A DNA stretch of 64,000 nucleotides from an uncultured Spirochaetota bacterium (GCA_963745235.1 CAVUXE010000057.1:9844-73843); one strand, 5' to 3'. Shown: positions 44,322 to 53,552, numbered from the stretch's first letter. The notes: generated by a model from the sequence alone, not told the origin. Made by a program: numbers and translations.

Positions 44322-46339
44322 TTACTGGTTCTGCTTGTTGAAGTTCTGGAGGGACTGTGAGTTCTTCTGCAGGGTGTCGAGCGAGCTCTGCATCTGGCCA
44401 TACTTCCTCTTCAAATCGGCAAGATAGTCATCCAGCTTGGTCTTGTAGTCATCTATCGAGCGTGAGTTCCTGGCGATCTGCGAATCCAGGTCGGTGACCC
44501 GCTGCGGATAGATGCCGGTTTCCTGCACATACGGCCGCAGGAGGTTGTCCAGGGAATAGGCGGCCCCGCTGTTGATGACGAGGCTTCCCGTTGTGTCATT
44601 CCCGAACAGCTGCTTCACAGCCTCCGGATGCTGTTCGATTGCCGCGGTGAGCTTGGCCTCGTCCACCTCCAGGTATCCCCGCAGCTTCGTTTTGTCCAGG
44701 GAGAGCGCGCCGGGGGCCCTGGCGTCAGTCGAGATCCCGATCTGCGCCAGGAGGCGCATGTCCCGTCCGAGGGACGTGGGGTAGGGGTTCATCATGATGT
44801 TCTGCAGGGAGTTCTTCATCTGCATCAGGGAGATTTCACCCATGAGCAGACCCATGTCGTCCTGGGCTTTCTTCTTCTCGTCGTCCGTGAGGTACGATGC
44901 GTCCTCGATGATCTGCGGGTCCTTGCGCGTGAGGACATCGATCTGGGTGATGGTCCGGTTGTACGCGCCCAGCAGGTCCAGGAGCTGTTTCTTGATCCCT
45001 TCGGTATCATGCTTGACCGTCAGGGTGACCGGCGAATCGCTCGGGGCCTTCAGGTTCAGCGTCACGCCGGGGAGCACGTCGTCAATGGTGTTCGAAGGTC
45101 GAGTGACATCGATGCCGTCAACGGAGAGCACCGCGTCCCCCGCCTGGTTGAGCGCGTTCTTCGGCACGTAGTCTCCCCGCTGAGTCTTGTCATACAGGGA
45201 GATGTCCTTCACGGAAAGGCGGCGATAGGTGTTGCGGTTTCGCAGGTCCAACGCGCTCAGGCTGGACGCTTGCTCTCCGACCGGGATCTCAATCTTCTGG
45301 AAATCCGTTGAGTCCGACAGTGGAGGGAGGGGGACCTCCTTCCCGTCGGCTTCCATGAAAAGCATCTGCAGGTCATCCACCTTCTCCGGGGGCTTGGGCG
45401 GCTCCCAGGGAGGAGGGGGCCCGCGACGGCTGGCTCTCTATCTTGATTCCCTGGTAGTCGATTCCGCCCGTGGACGGAACACTCGGTCCCGGTGGCGCCG
45501 CTGCCTGGCTGGGCGGCGTTTCGGGAAGGTGCTCCACTTTCACCGAGAGCTCCAGGACCATGTTCTTGTTGAGCGTTGCCGCGGGGCTGACGGGAACCTT
45601 GATCTCCGAGCCTGGATTGAGGGTGATAGTGCCGTTCTGGATCACTACGGCGCCCGGCCGCCGGCGGTGTAGTCCATGTGCTCACCGCTTTGTCATTCAG
45701 CTGGACCTGGCGGCTGGCCGTCAGTGACCTTTCCAGCATCCCGGCCTTCACGCCCATGTCAGCGGCCGCCCCCAGAAGGGTGAGGCGGTTCTTGGCCCCG
45801 GTGACCTTGGATTCGATCAAGAGCACCTGCGTGGTTGGCGTGTCGTTGACAACCGAAGCGGACAGGAGGTCACCCCCCTTGGCGTTCAAGGCGTCAGCGA
45901 ACGCCTTCACGGAACCGCCTTTCCAGGAGAGCCGCACTTCCTTGTCTCCGACACGAAACGCGTAGTCTCCTGGATCCACTACGAAATCCCGCGGAAGGGA
46001 TTGGGAAAGGAACCTGTCTGCCGTGGCTGTCTTCTTGACGAGGATCTGCTTCGTCTCCTCCAGTGCCTGCCGGGTGGCAGAGGCAACGAGCGTCTTCTCA
46101 TCGGAGGATGCGGCGATGCGGTCGTTGAAAGGGTTTTGAAAGCCGTACAGCGCTCGGGCGCTGTCTCGAAGGGTCGCAAGCCTGCGCGAAACATCCTGCC
46201 AGGAGCCCTTCTGCTGCTTCTCGAGGTCCACCTCTTTCTGCATGCGCTTCAGGGGCTCCCTCTTGGCCTCCATGAGGGCGTCGATTATCTTCTGAGTGTT
46301 GTATTTATCATTGACGCCTGGGATGGCAAAATCGGACAT
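44322..46339 (-). pseudogene. fliD: Flagellar filament cap protein FliD; two frame breaks
   Basis: N-terminus MSDFAIPGVNDKYNTQKIIDALMEAKREPL (ATG 46339 after GGAGGGGGG) and C-terminus ..DDYKTKLDDYLADLKRKYGQMQSSLDTLQ. Three ORFs join with breaks near 45649-45668 and at the G5 run 45415..45419. Confidence 0.85.
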
Positions 46340-46365
46340 CGTGCGGCGCTTACCCCCCTCCGCTC

Positions 46366-46433
46366 CCGCAGTACTCTGCGGGGTTTCCGCAGTACTCTGC
46401 GGGGTTCCGCTGCCCACACGGTATACCGTGTGG
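46366..46433 (-). repeat. Three hairpins in the flaG-fliD spacer (fliD leader)
   Basis: Two copies of CCGCAG-N4-CTGCGG with a 21-nt period (46366..46381 and 46387..46402), read on the minus strand as GAACCCCGCAGAGTACTGCGG. Also CCACACGG-TATA-CCGTGTGG at 46414..46433. Confidence 0.8.
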
Positions 46434-46461
46434 TTTTCAGCGGCGTTGCCCATCCGGCCCG

Positions 46462-46803
46462 TCAGATCTTCTCGTCGACCAGCAGCCCGATGGTCTCCTT
46501 GATCCGAGCGATAAGATGCTGGATTTCCTCGGGGGGGATCTCCTTGATTACCTTATCGGTTTCCCCGTCAACGACCTTGATGATCACCTGGTTGATCTCG
46601 TCGTTTACGGACAGCTTCACCCGCCGGTTGAACGCAAGAAACGTCCTCTCCAGCGCTTTCGCCTGTGCTTCGATCTCCGAGCGTGATAGCTGTGCGTCCG
46701 GCTGCGGACGCGGCTGCCGCTCGGGTGCTGCCCGGGGCTCTTTCATGAGCACATCCGGGACGGGATTCGATTTCAGAATCCCGGGTATCTCCATGCTCAT
46801 CAT
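46462..46803 (-). CDS. flaG: Flagellar protein FlaG
   Basis: 113 aa with C-terminus ..LSVNDEINQVIIKVVDGETDKVIKEIPPEE.., typical of FlaG, sitting between flagellin and fliD. Confidence 0.8.
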   Translation of the reverse strand: MMSMEIPGILKSNPVPDVLMKEPRAAPERQPRPQPDAQLSRSEIEAQAKALERTFLAFNRRVKLSVNDEINQVIIKVVDGETDKVIKEIPPEEIQHLIARIKETIGLLVDEKI

Positions 46804-46896
46804 TGTACCTCCATGTACCTCATTGTCACGGCCTTCACGCGGAGTCCGCGTGGTGTGCCCTGACGCTCATGCGTGAGGCAGTTCCCATTGCCTCAC

Positions 46897-46936
46897 CCAA
46901 GAAAGGGGGCGGGAGGGCGCGACCCCCCACTCCCGC
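46897..46936 (-). terminator. Candidate intrinsic terminator downstream of flaB
   Basis: On the minus strand: GCGGGAG-N14-CTCCCGC followed by CCCCUUUCUU. Confidence 0.35.
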
Positions 46937-47005
46937 GCACTCACCGGAAAAGGTGACGTCCAGTAACCTCTCCCGTCGGGAACGGTCCGATCTGAGCAGT
47001 CCCTT

Positions 47006-47869
47006 TCAGGCCAGCAACTGCAGAACCGACCTCGTCTTGAGATTGGCCTGCGCCAGCATTGCCGTGCTGGACTGCATCAGGATCTGATTCTTCACGTAGT
47101 CAACCATCTGTGAGGCCATGTCCGTGTCGCGAATCTGGGACTCCGCTGCCTGCATGTTCTCAGCAGCCACGGCAACTCCCTTCGCCGCCATCTCGAAGCG
47201 GTTCTGATATGCTCCGAGGTCGGCCCGCTGCCGGGAGACCCGCCTCATGGCGTTGTCCACCATGCCGATTGCCTGATTCGCCTTGTCGGGGGTGGAGATG
47301 GAGATGGACTGGTTGCCCCCTCCCGTCGCCATCAGCCCGAGGGCCTGCGCGGTCATGGTGCCGATGAACGCCTGCTTCCGCTGGTCCATGTTCGCCCCTA
47401 CCTGGAAGAACATCTGCCCCGTCACGACGCCGCCCCCCGCGGGGTTGGCGAACTTGCCGGTCAGCATGTTCATCCCATTGAACTGGGCATGGGACGCGAT
47501 CCTGTTGACCTCGTCCACCAGCTGTGAGACTTCCACCTGGATCTGCATCCGGTCTTCATCAGAGTAGATGCCGTTGGCCGACTGGACAGCCAGCTCACGG
47601 ATCCGGTGCATGATGTCATGGGTCTCCGCCAGGTAGCCTTCCGTGGTCTGGATGAAGGACACCGCGTTCTCGATGTTCCTCTCCGCCTGATTGAGCCCGC
47701 GGATCTGGGAGCGGAGCTTCTCCGACACGGCCAGACCGGACGCGTCGTCTCCCGCCCTGTTGATCCGGAGCCCCGAGGACAGCTTTTCGATGTCCTTGTT
47801 CAGGTCCACCTCATTGAACTTCACCGTTCGATTCGCGAACAGAGCGCTCATGTTGTGGTTTATGATCAT
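47006..47869 (-). CDS. flaB: Flagellar filament core flagellin (FlaB family)
   Basis: [44 protein letters not shown].. and C-terminus ..[22 protein letters not shown]; 287 aa; RBS AAGGAGG. Confidence 0.95.
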   Translation of the reverse strand: MIINHNMSALFANRTVKFNEVDLNKDIEKLSSGLRINRAGDDASGLAVSEKLRSQIRGLNQAERNIENAVSFIQTTEGYLAETHDIMHRIRELAVQSANGIYSDEDRMQIQVEVSQLVDEVNRIASHAQFNGMNMLTGKFANPAGGGVVTGQMFFQVGANMDQRKQAFIGTMTAQALGLMATGGGNQSISISTPDKANQAIGMVDNAMRRVSRQRADLGAYQNRFEMAAKGVAVAAENMQAAESQIRDTDMASQMVDYVKNQILMQSSTAMLAQANLKTRSVLQLLA

Positions 47870-47891
47870 GAAACCCTCCTTGACTGGAATC

Positions 47892-47909
47892 TGGAGGCGT
47901 CCGTGCCTC
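47892..47909 (-). promoter_or_regulatory. GGA-loop hairpin in the flaB leader (candidate CsrA site)
   Basis: On the minus strand: GGAGGC-ACGGAC-GCCUCC, about 13 nt upstream of the SD AAGGAGG, which itself contains GGA. Confidence 0.5.
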
Positions 47910-48166
47910 CCTCAGTACCTGCCATGTGTGCCGCCGGGGCCATTTCACGGGAAGGAGTCGCGCCTTCCTTCCCACCGTTCCCATTTCCCCCGCAACAGGG
48001 AAGCTTTGTCCGTGCCGCCATGCAGTCTTCAGCAGTGAGCGCATGGCGTGCCGCGACGGGGCTTCCCTTTTCCCGACACACCTCAGGAGGGTTCTTTTTC
48101 AAAGATCAGAACGGAAACCGATCCATCCGGTGCACCACTGTGTGGCGCACCCTTCAATGTACTCCT

Positions 48167-49027
48167 CTACTGGAGCAGCTGCAAGACCGTCCGCGGCTTG
48201 GCATTCGCCTGCGCGAGCATGGCAGTGGCGGACTGCGTTATGATGGCGTTCTTCGTGTACTCCACCATCTCGGAAGCCATGTCTGCGTCGCGGATGCGCG
48301 ACTCTGCCGCCTGCATGTTCTCCGCCCCCACGTCCAGGCCTTTTACCGCGTACTCCAGGCGGTTCTGGTAGGCGCCGAGGTCCGCGCGCTGCTTGTTGAT
48401 GAGCTTCAGCGCCGCGTCCAGCTGTCCGATGGAACGGTTGGCCCCGTCCGGCGTGGACATGGAGATGATCTGCCGGGTACCGACCTGGCGGATTCCCAGC
48501 GCTTCGGAGGTCATCGTGCCGATGAACACGCGAACGCGCTGGTCCATGTTTGCGCCGATCTGCAGCCACATGGAGGCGGTGATGATGTTCTCTCCCGCCG
48601 CTCGCGCAAAGCGGCCCGTGAGCATGTTCATCCCGTTGAACTGCGCGTGGGAGGCAATGCGGTCCACCTCGTTGACGAGAGCGGATACCTCGACCTGGAT
48701 CTGCATCCTGTCCTCATCCGTGTAGATGCCGTTGGCCGACTGGACCGAAAGCTCCCTCAGGCGCTGGACGATGTCCTGGCTCTCCTGGAGATAGCCTTCC
48801 GTGGTCTGGATGAAGGAGATCCCGTTTGATGCGTTGGTGCTTGCCTGGCGGAGACCCCGGATCTGGGACCTCATCTTCTCCGACACGGCCAGTCCTGACG
48901 CATCGTCCCCCGCGCGCGTGATCCTGCTTCCCGACGACAGCTTTTCGAGGCTCTTGTCGAGGGCAAGCCCGTTCACGTTCAGCTGGCGCTCCGCGAACAG
49001 CGCGCTCATGTTGTGATTGATGATCAT
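48167..49027 (-). CDS. flaB: Flagellar filament core flagellin (FlaB family), second copy
   Basis: [16 protein letters not shown].. Start set to ATG 49027 after GGGAGGAAACC; the ORF's 31-codon 5' extension is leader. 287 aa. Confidence 0.95.
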   Translation of the reverse strand: MIINHNMSALFAERQLNVNGLALDKSLEKLSSGSRITRAGDDASGLAVSEKMRSQIRGLRQASTNASNGISFIQTTEGYLQESQDIVQRLRELSVQSANGIYTDEDRMQIQVEVSALVNEVDRIASHAQFNGMNMLTGRFARAAGENIITASMWLQIGANMDQRVRVFIGTMTSEALGIRQVGTRQIISMSTPDGANRSIGQLDAALKLINKQRADLGAYQNRLEYAVKGLDVGAENMQAAESRIRDADMASEMVEYTKNAIITQSATAMLAQANAKPRTVLQLLQ

Positions 49028-49057
49028 GGTTTCCTCCCTGAAACCCTCTGATGTACC

Positions 49058-49075
49058 CCGGGCATCCATGCCCGG
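49058..49075 (-). promoter_or_regulatory. GGA-loop hairpin in the second flaB leader (candidate CsrA site)
   Basis: On the minus strand: CCGGGC-AUGGAU-GCCCGG, about 20 nt upstream of the SD GGGAGG. Confidence 0.5.
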
Positions 49076-49247
49076 AGTCGGTTTTCCGGGGAGCTCTCCC
49101 GCTTCCTCAGGCCGAGCCATCCCTCCGATTTCCCTTGACCGGCCTTCCAGGTGTGCCGATACGCAGAATAGCGGAAGGAGGGTTGAGGCCCTTGAAGTCG
49201 GCCGGAGCTACCCTCAGTCCTTTTTTCGACAGGGGGGAGTTTAAAGA

Positions 49248-50372
49248 TTAGGCCTTTTTTTCCCTTTTTTCGGAAAGAGAATCGAGGTATCGCGCAGCTA
49301 TCCGGTCGTCAGGATCGTACTCCAGCACCGTTCGAAAGAAGCCCAGAGCGTCGTCCCGGTTGCCTCCCTTCAGGGCGACGATGCCGAGATTCGAGATGAC
49401 CTTGGTGTTTTCGGGCTCTATTTTCAGCGCTTCCAGCAGCCGTTTCTGGCTTTCCGCCAGCTCGCCGAGCTCCATGAGGCAGATTGCCAGCTCGTTCAAA
49501 AGGTCCGCATGCGGGGCGCCGAGGCCAAGCGCCTTGAGAAACGCCTCTTTGCCCTGCGCGTACTCCCCGAGGCGCCTGTGCGCCCACCCGAGGAGAAACC
49601 ACGCGTTCTGGAAGTCGGGGCGGGACTCGATGAACTCCTCGATGTAGCCGATCCCTTCCTTTTCCCTTCCCATGCGGATGGCATCAAAAGCCTTCTTGAA
49701 CAGGCCATCTATCAGCCCCTGCGTGTCGATCTCCTTGACGATGCGCCTGGCTTCCGTGAGTCTCTTCTCATCGGCTCCGGTCTTGATGAAGACCTGCAGA
49801 TGCTCCCGGGCCTTCTCGAAAGAGCGCTGGTGCAGATAGAAGTAGGCCAGATTGTAATGGATTGTCGGCTCCGAAGGATCCGCCGCGAGCGCTCTCTTGT
49901 AGGCTTCGAAGGCCAGCCCGAGGTATTCTTCCGCCCCTGCCTCGTTCTCCCGCTTCTCATGCTGGCGCGCTCGTTCCTCGTAGACGAGGGCGAGGTTCAG
50001 GAGCGTGGCGGCATCGTCTGGAAAGAGACCCTCAAGCGCGCGGAACACCTCTATGGCGAGCTCCGCGTCACCGTCCCTGGCCTTCAGGATTCCCAGGTGG
50101 GTGAACTCCTGCCTGATATCCGGTTTGACCGCCAGGACAAACCGGCGGTAGTAGTCCGTGTGAGGATTCTCCTGGTCCCACGCCAGCACCTTGAGGGCCC
50201 CGGCAACGATTGCCTCCCAGCTCAGCTCAGAGTTGGGAAGCGCCGCGGCTCCCTGCGGCATCTCGACGGGAAGGAGGATCTCGGGATCCAGCACGAAGGA
50301 CCCTATCTGTCTTTGCGACGTCCCCTTGATGGAAACAAACCCGACGCTCGACAGCCTCGCTTTCTCATCCAT
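49248..50372 (-). CDS. TPR-repeat protein
   Basis: Multiple 34-aa TPR-like units (..AWFLLGWAHRRLGEYAQGKEAFLKAL.., ..ISNLGIVALKGGNRDDALGFFRTVLEYDP). Start taken at ATG 50372 (MDEKARL); the ORF is open to 50399. Confidence 0.75.
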   Translation of the reverse strand: MDEKARLSSVGFVSIKGTSQRQIGSFVLDPEILLPVEMPQGAAALPNSELSWEAIVAGALKVLAWDQENPHTDYYRRFVLAVKPDIRQEFTHLGILKARDGDAELAIEVFRALEGLFPDDAATLLNLALVYEERARQHEKRENEAGAEEYLGLAFEAYKRALAADPSEPTIHYNLAYFYLHQRSFEKAREHLQVFIKTGADEKRLTEARRIVKEIDTQGLIDGLFKKAFDAIRMGREKEGIGYIEEFIESRPDFQNAWFLLGWAHRRLGEYAQGKEAFLKALGLGAPHADLLNELAICLMELGELAESQKRLLEALKIEPENTKVISNLGIVALKGGNRDDALGFFRTVLEYDPDDRIAARYLDSLSEKREKKA

Positions 50373-51276
50373 CGTCGGCGCCGCTCCCTTCGCCGCCATC
50401 CGACGGCTCCTCGTCCGGGAATGATCTATCGCTCTGCGGGGCCTGAGGGGGGGAAGGCTTGCCTGGCTCGACAGCGGTCTTCCGTTGGGAGGTGATATAT
50501 GAGTTGATCAGGAGCTTGTAGCTCATGGGGGGGTCGCGCGGATACTCCACTGCGACAACGACGACATCCTTTCTCCCACCCACCTCATCTACCCTGCCGA
50601 TGACACCGAGGAGCAGGAGCTCTCCTCCCTGCTCGCCCTTGGCAATCCTCAGTGTGACCGTGCTGCCGACAGCCTTGGGCGTGACCGCAGAGGTGAGGAC
50701 CTTCGCGCCACCGAAAGACAAGTCTCGGAGAATGCCGCGATGCGCGGTGCCATTCAGCGACAGGATTGCCTCCCTGGTTTCCAGCCCGAGCTTCTTCATG
50801 CTCTCCGGGGTCACCAGGATCCGCTCCTCTTTTCGCCGCTGGGCGTTCGCGTTGGCATCCAGCAGGCTGCCGAGGATGGAGATAAGGTCGTCCGGGGGCC
50901 GCTGCGTGAACTCCACGGTGAGAAGCTGCACGTCCTGGTTCTGCGGATCATACGGAGTGAAGCCTCCGACCATGCAGGCGACGAAGAACGTGATGGGTTC
51001 CGGCTTGTCCGGGAGCTTGAAGCACCACCTCAGGGAAAGCCTGTTGTTCGCCCTGCGCAGGGCAATCAGGAATGTCTCCTTGACGGTCACGATCACCCGG
51101 GAGGCCGCCATTGAGCTGGAAAAAACCACGCACGGCCACTGTCGGTCGAGCACCTTCAGGTAGACGTTCTTTGCGACAAAGCCGGTCGCGCTGAGGACCT
51201 GCTTGTTGAACGTGATTTCCGTCTTGCCGAATTGCTCGAAAAAACGGGTGATCTGCTGCGCTGTGACGATGGACAT
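50365..51276 (-). CDS. PlzA-like two-domain PilZ c-di-GMP receptor
   Basis: C-terminal PilZ motifs QRRKEER (RxxxR) and DLSFGG (DxSxxG), with an N-terminal PilZN-like beta domain. The acidic C-terminal tail overlaps the next gene. Confidence 0.7.
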   Translation of the reverse strand: MSIVTAQQITRFFEQFGKTEITFNKQVLSATGFVAKNVYLKVLDRQWPCVVFSSSMAASRVIVTVKETFLIALRRANNRLSLRWCFKLPDKPEPITFFVACMVGGFTPYDPQNQDVQLLTVEFTQRPPDDLISILGSLLDANANAQRRKEERILVTPESMKKLGLETREAILSLNGTAHRGILRDLSFGGAKVLTSAVTPKAVGSTVTLRIAKGEQGGELLLLGVIGRVDEVGGRKDVVVVAVEYPRDPPMSYKLLINSYITSQRKTAVEPGKPSPPQAPQSDRSFPDEEPSDGGEGSGADDG

Positions 51277-51355
51277 CGGGGCGATGCTCCCTTACTATTA
51301 GCCACCAATATAAAGAAGGGCATTGTCGCTGTCAATTCGAGCGGGGAGGAAGACG

Positions 51356-52345
51356 TTGTATTCAGTATTCGGGGTGGAGAACCCCTTGATGGACATCATC
51401 GCCCACGTCGACTATGACTTTCTGCGTCGCTTCGACAAACAGCCCGGCTCGATGCACCTCGTAGACCACGCCGAAATAGAGAAGCTTCGGCGGGAGCTGC
51501 CCTCGTTTCGCGTCCTGCCGGGCGGAAGCGCCGCAAACACCGCGCGGGGGATCGCGTGGCTGGCGAGCCCGAGCGGTCGGGAGGTCCTGGAGCACCTCGG
51601 TGGCCTGAAACGCGAGGGAGAGGGCAACCTTCCTCCCGTATTCAACGGAGCGGTCGGGCGGGACGCCATCGGGGACCAGTTCGAACAGCTCATGACCGCC
51701 GCGGGCGTGTCCGCGTCCATCGTGCGCAAGGAAACCCCGACCGGCACGTCAGTCATCCTTGTGACCCCGGATGGCGAGCGAACGATGAACACCTTCCTGG
51801 GTGCCTGCCGGGACTTCGGGCCGCAGGATCTCGACCTCGGGAAGCTCGCCCGCTCCCGCATCCTCTACCTGACCGGCTACCTGTGGGATACCGCGCACCA
51901 GGATGCCGCCGCCCGGAAGGCCGCGGACTCCGGCGCCACGGTCGTTGCATTCGACCTGGCAGATTCCTTTGCCGTCCGCCGCTCGGGGGAGGCGTTTCGT
52001 TCATGGATTCCCGCTCACGTTGACGTGCTCTTCGGAAACAGGGACGAGATCGCTATCCTCACCGGGGCGTCGTGCGACGAGGACTGCGTGGCGGAGGCGG
52101 GAAGGTTCGCGCCTTTAGTCGTCATGAAGATGGGGGAAAAGGGCTGCATGCTCGGGCAGAAAGGCAAGCTGGAGGTTGTGCCCGGCGTTCCCGTGAGAAT
52201 GGTCGACACCACCGGGGCCGGTGATGCGTTCGCGGCTGGCTTTCTTTTCGGGATGCTGCAGGGTGCCGAGCCGACTGTATGCGCGCGACTGGCGAATGCC
52301 ATCGCCTCACGCATCGTCGGACGCGAAGGATGCAGCTACGACTGA
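51356..52345 (+). CDS. PfkB-family carbohydrate/nucleoside kinase (adenosine-kinase-like)
   Basis: LPGGSAANTA and the C-terminal anion hole DTTGAGDAFAAGFL. TTG 51356 after GGGAGGAAG is the preferred start. Confidence 0.8.
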   Translation: MYSVFGVENPLMDIIAHVDYDFLRRFDKQPGSMHLVDHAEIEKLRRELPSFRVLPGGSAANTARGIAWLASPSGREVLEHLGGLKREGEGNLPPVFNGAVGRDAIGDQFEQLMTAAGVSASIVRKETPTGTSVILVTPDGERTMNTFLGACRDFGPQDLDLGKLARSRILYLTGYLWDTAHQDAAARKAADSGATVVAFDLADSFAVRRSGEAFRSWIPAHVDVLFGNRDEIAILTGASCDEDCVAEAGRFAPLVVMKMGEKGCMLGQKGKLEVVPGVPVRMVDTTGAGDAFAAGFLFGMLQGAEPTVCARLANAIASRIVGREGCSYD

Positions 52346-52782
52346 GGAGGGTCCTCTTCAGGGGCGGTGCGGTCCCGCGGCTCACTTTCGCGCGTCCCTG
52401 CGCTCGTTCGCCCTTCGCCGTCCGTGGCCAGGGGCTCACTCTCGCGCGTCCCTGCGCTCGTTCGCCCTTCGCCATCCGTGGCGAGGGGGGTGTGCATCAG
52501 CAAGTCGTCATCAATGCGGCTGATAAGCCTTTCCGCCACGCTGTCTATCTCGGAGGACTCCTGCGGCTCGCGACCGTCCCGCAGCTTGAACATCTCGTCC
52601 GCAATGTTGAGCGCGGCAAGCACGGCCACGGTGAGAGGCTCGGCAAAAGAGTAGCGCTTCCTGACTTCTTCGATCCTGGATTTGACGTACGCTGAAAGCC
52701 GGTTGAGGTGCTCGGTGCTTTCGTCTGACTGGATGACGAAGGAGGCTCCAAGCACGTCGATTCTGAGCTGACGCTTCTCCAT
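52336..52782 (-). CDS. zapA: Cell division protein ZapA with a duplicated C-terminal tail
   Basis: N-terminus LRIDVLGASFVIQSDESTEHLNRLSAYVKSRIEEV..PLTVAVLAALNIADE. The tail contains PLATDGEGRTSAGTRESE twice. Confidence 0.75.
   Translation of the reverse strand: MEKRQLRIDVLGASFVIQSDESTEHLNRLSAYVKSRIEEVRKRYSFAEPLTVAVLAALNIADEMFKLRDGREPQESSEIDSVAERLISRIDDDLLMHTPLATDGEGRTSAGTRESEPLATDGEGRTSAGTRESEPRDRTAPEEDPPQS
52381..52488. repeat. 54-bp tandem duplication, two near-identical copies
   Basis: 52381..52434 and 52435..52488 differ at about 3 positions. The repeat is in frame within the zapA tail. Confidence 0.9.
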
Positions 52783-52794
52783 GACCGTCCCTGC

Positions 52795-53151
52795 TTAGAA
52801 GATGTCCAGCTCTTCCTTCTTCGGCTCAGTCTCGGTCCGCTCGGAGGGAGGACGCTGCGGGGGCGCTGCTTCCTCAGGAGTCTGCCGCCTGCCGTTGTTC
52901 TCAGGCTTCCTGGCAGTGGTTGCGGCTTCTTCCAGCTCATCCAGGTGCTGCAGGGTCCGCACGATCACGGACTCGATCTCGCGCTGGTCCGTCTTGAATC
53001 CGTCCACAAGAGACTCCAGCTCCTTCATCCGCTTCTGCGCGGACTCAAGCCCCTTGCGGAGCGTGGAGTTCTCCTCTTTCAGCACCCGGATGAGTTCGAT
53101 GGCTCGAGTGATCTTGCCTTCCAGCAGCCTGATCTGCTCGAGGGTGATCAT
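52795..53151 (-). CDS. ZapB-like coiled-coil protein (putative division protein)
   Basis: [49 protein letters not shown].. ATG 53151 overlaps the rplT stop (ATGA), and the gene lies upstream of zapA. Confidence 0.55.
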   Translation of the reverse strand: MITLEQIRLLEGKITRAIELIRVLKEENSTLRKGLESAQKRMKELESLVDGFKTDQREIESVIVRTLQHLDELEEAATTARKPENNGRRQTPEEAAPPQRPPSERTETEPKKEELDIF

Positions 53152-53534
53152 TTTCCGGCGCTCACCGCTGCAGCAGCTGCCGGGAGGGCTTCCTTCGCCC
53201 TGGCAATGAGAGCCTTGAAGGCAATGGGATCCTCGATAGCCATGTTGGAAAGCGCCTTGCGGTTGAGAACGACGTTTGCTTCCCGCAGCCCGTGCATGAA
53301 CTGCGAATAGGTGATGCCTTCGGGGCGAACCGCTGCGGAAATGCGCGTGATCCACAGTCTGCGAAACTCGCCTTTCCGTCTCTTGCGGTCCCGATACGAG
53401 GCAGCCAGCCCTTTCATGACCGCTTCCTTCGCGGTCTTGAAGAGCCTGCTCCTGCCTCCCCAGTAGCCCTTGGCGAGCTTCATTATCTTGCGTCGGCGTT
53501 CGCGCCTCCGCGTACCGTTTTTCGACCTCGGCAT
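53148..53534 (-). CDS. rplT: 50S ribosomal protein L20
   Basis: [39 protein letters not shown]..; RBS GAAAGAGGAG. Confidence 0.95.
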   Translation of the reverse strand: MPRSKNGTRRRERRRKIMKLAKGYWGGRSRLFKTAKEAVMKGLAASYRDRKRRKGEFRRLWITRISAAVRPEGITYSQFMHGLREANVVLNRKALSNMAIEDPIAFKALIARAKEALPAAAAAVSAGK

Positions 53535-53552
53535 GGATCAGGTTCTCCTCTT

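Noticed and set aside
46340-46453. A 38-codon N-terminal extension of fliD (MGNAAENHTVYRVGSGTPQSTAETPQSTAG..).
   Set aside because: The extension is made of the three leader hairpins. A strong RBS (GGAGGGGGG) precedes the internal ATG 46339, which gives the conserved FliD N-terminus.
49145-49152. A sigma28-like -10 box GCCGATAC near the second flaB gene.
   Set aside because: It reads on the plus strand, pointing away from flaB and into the 3' end of the convergent TPR gene, and it has no TAAA -35 box at the proper spacing.
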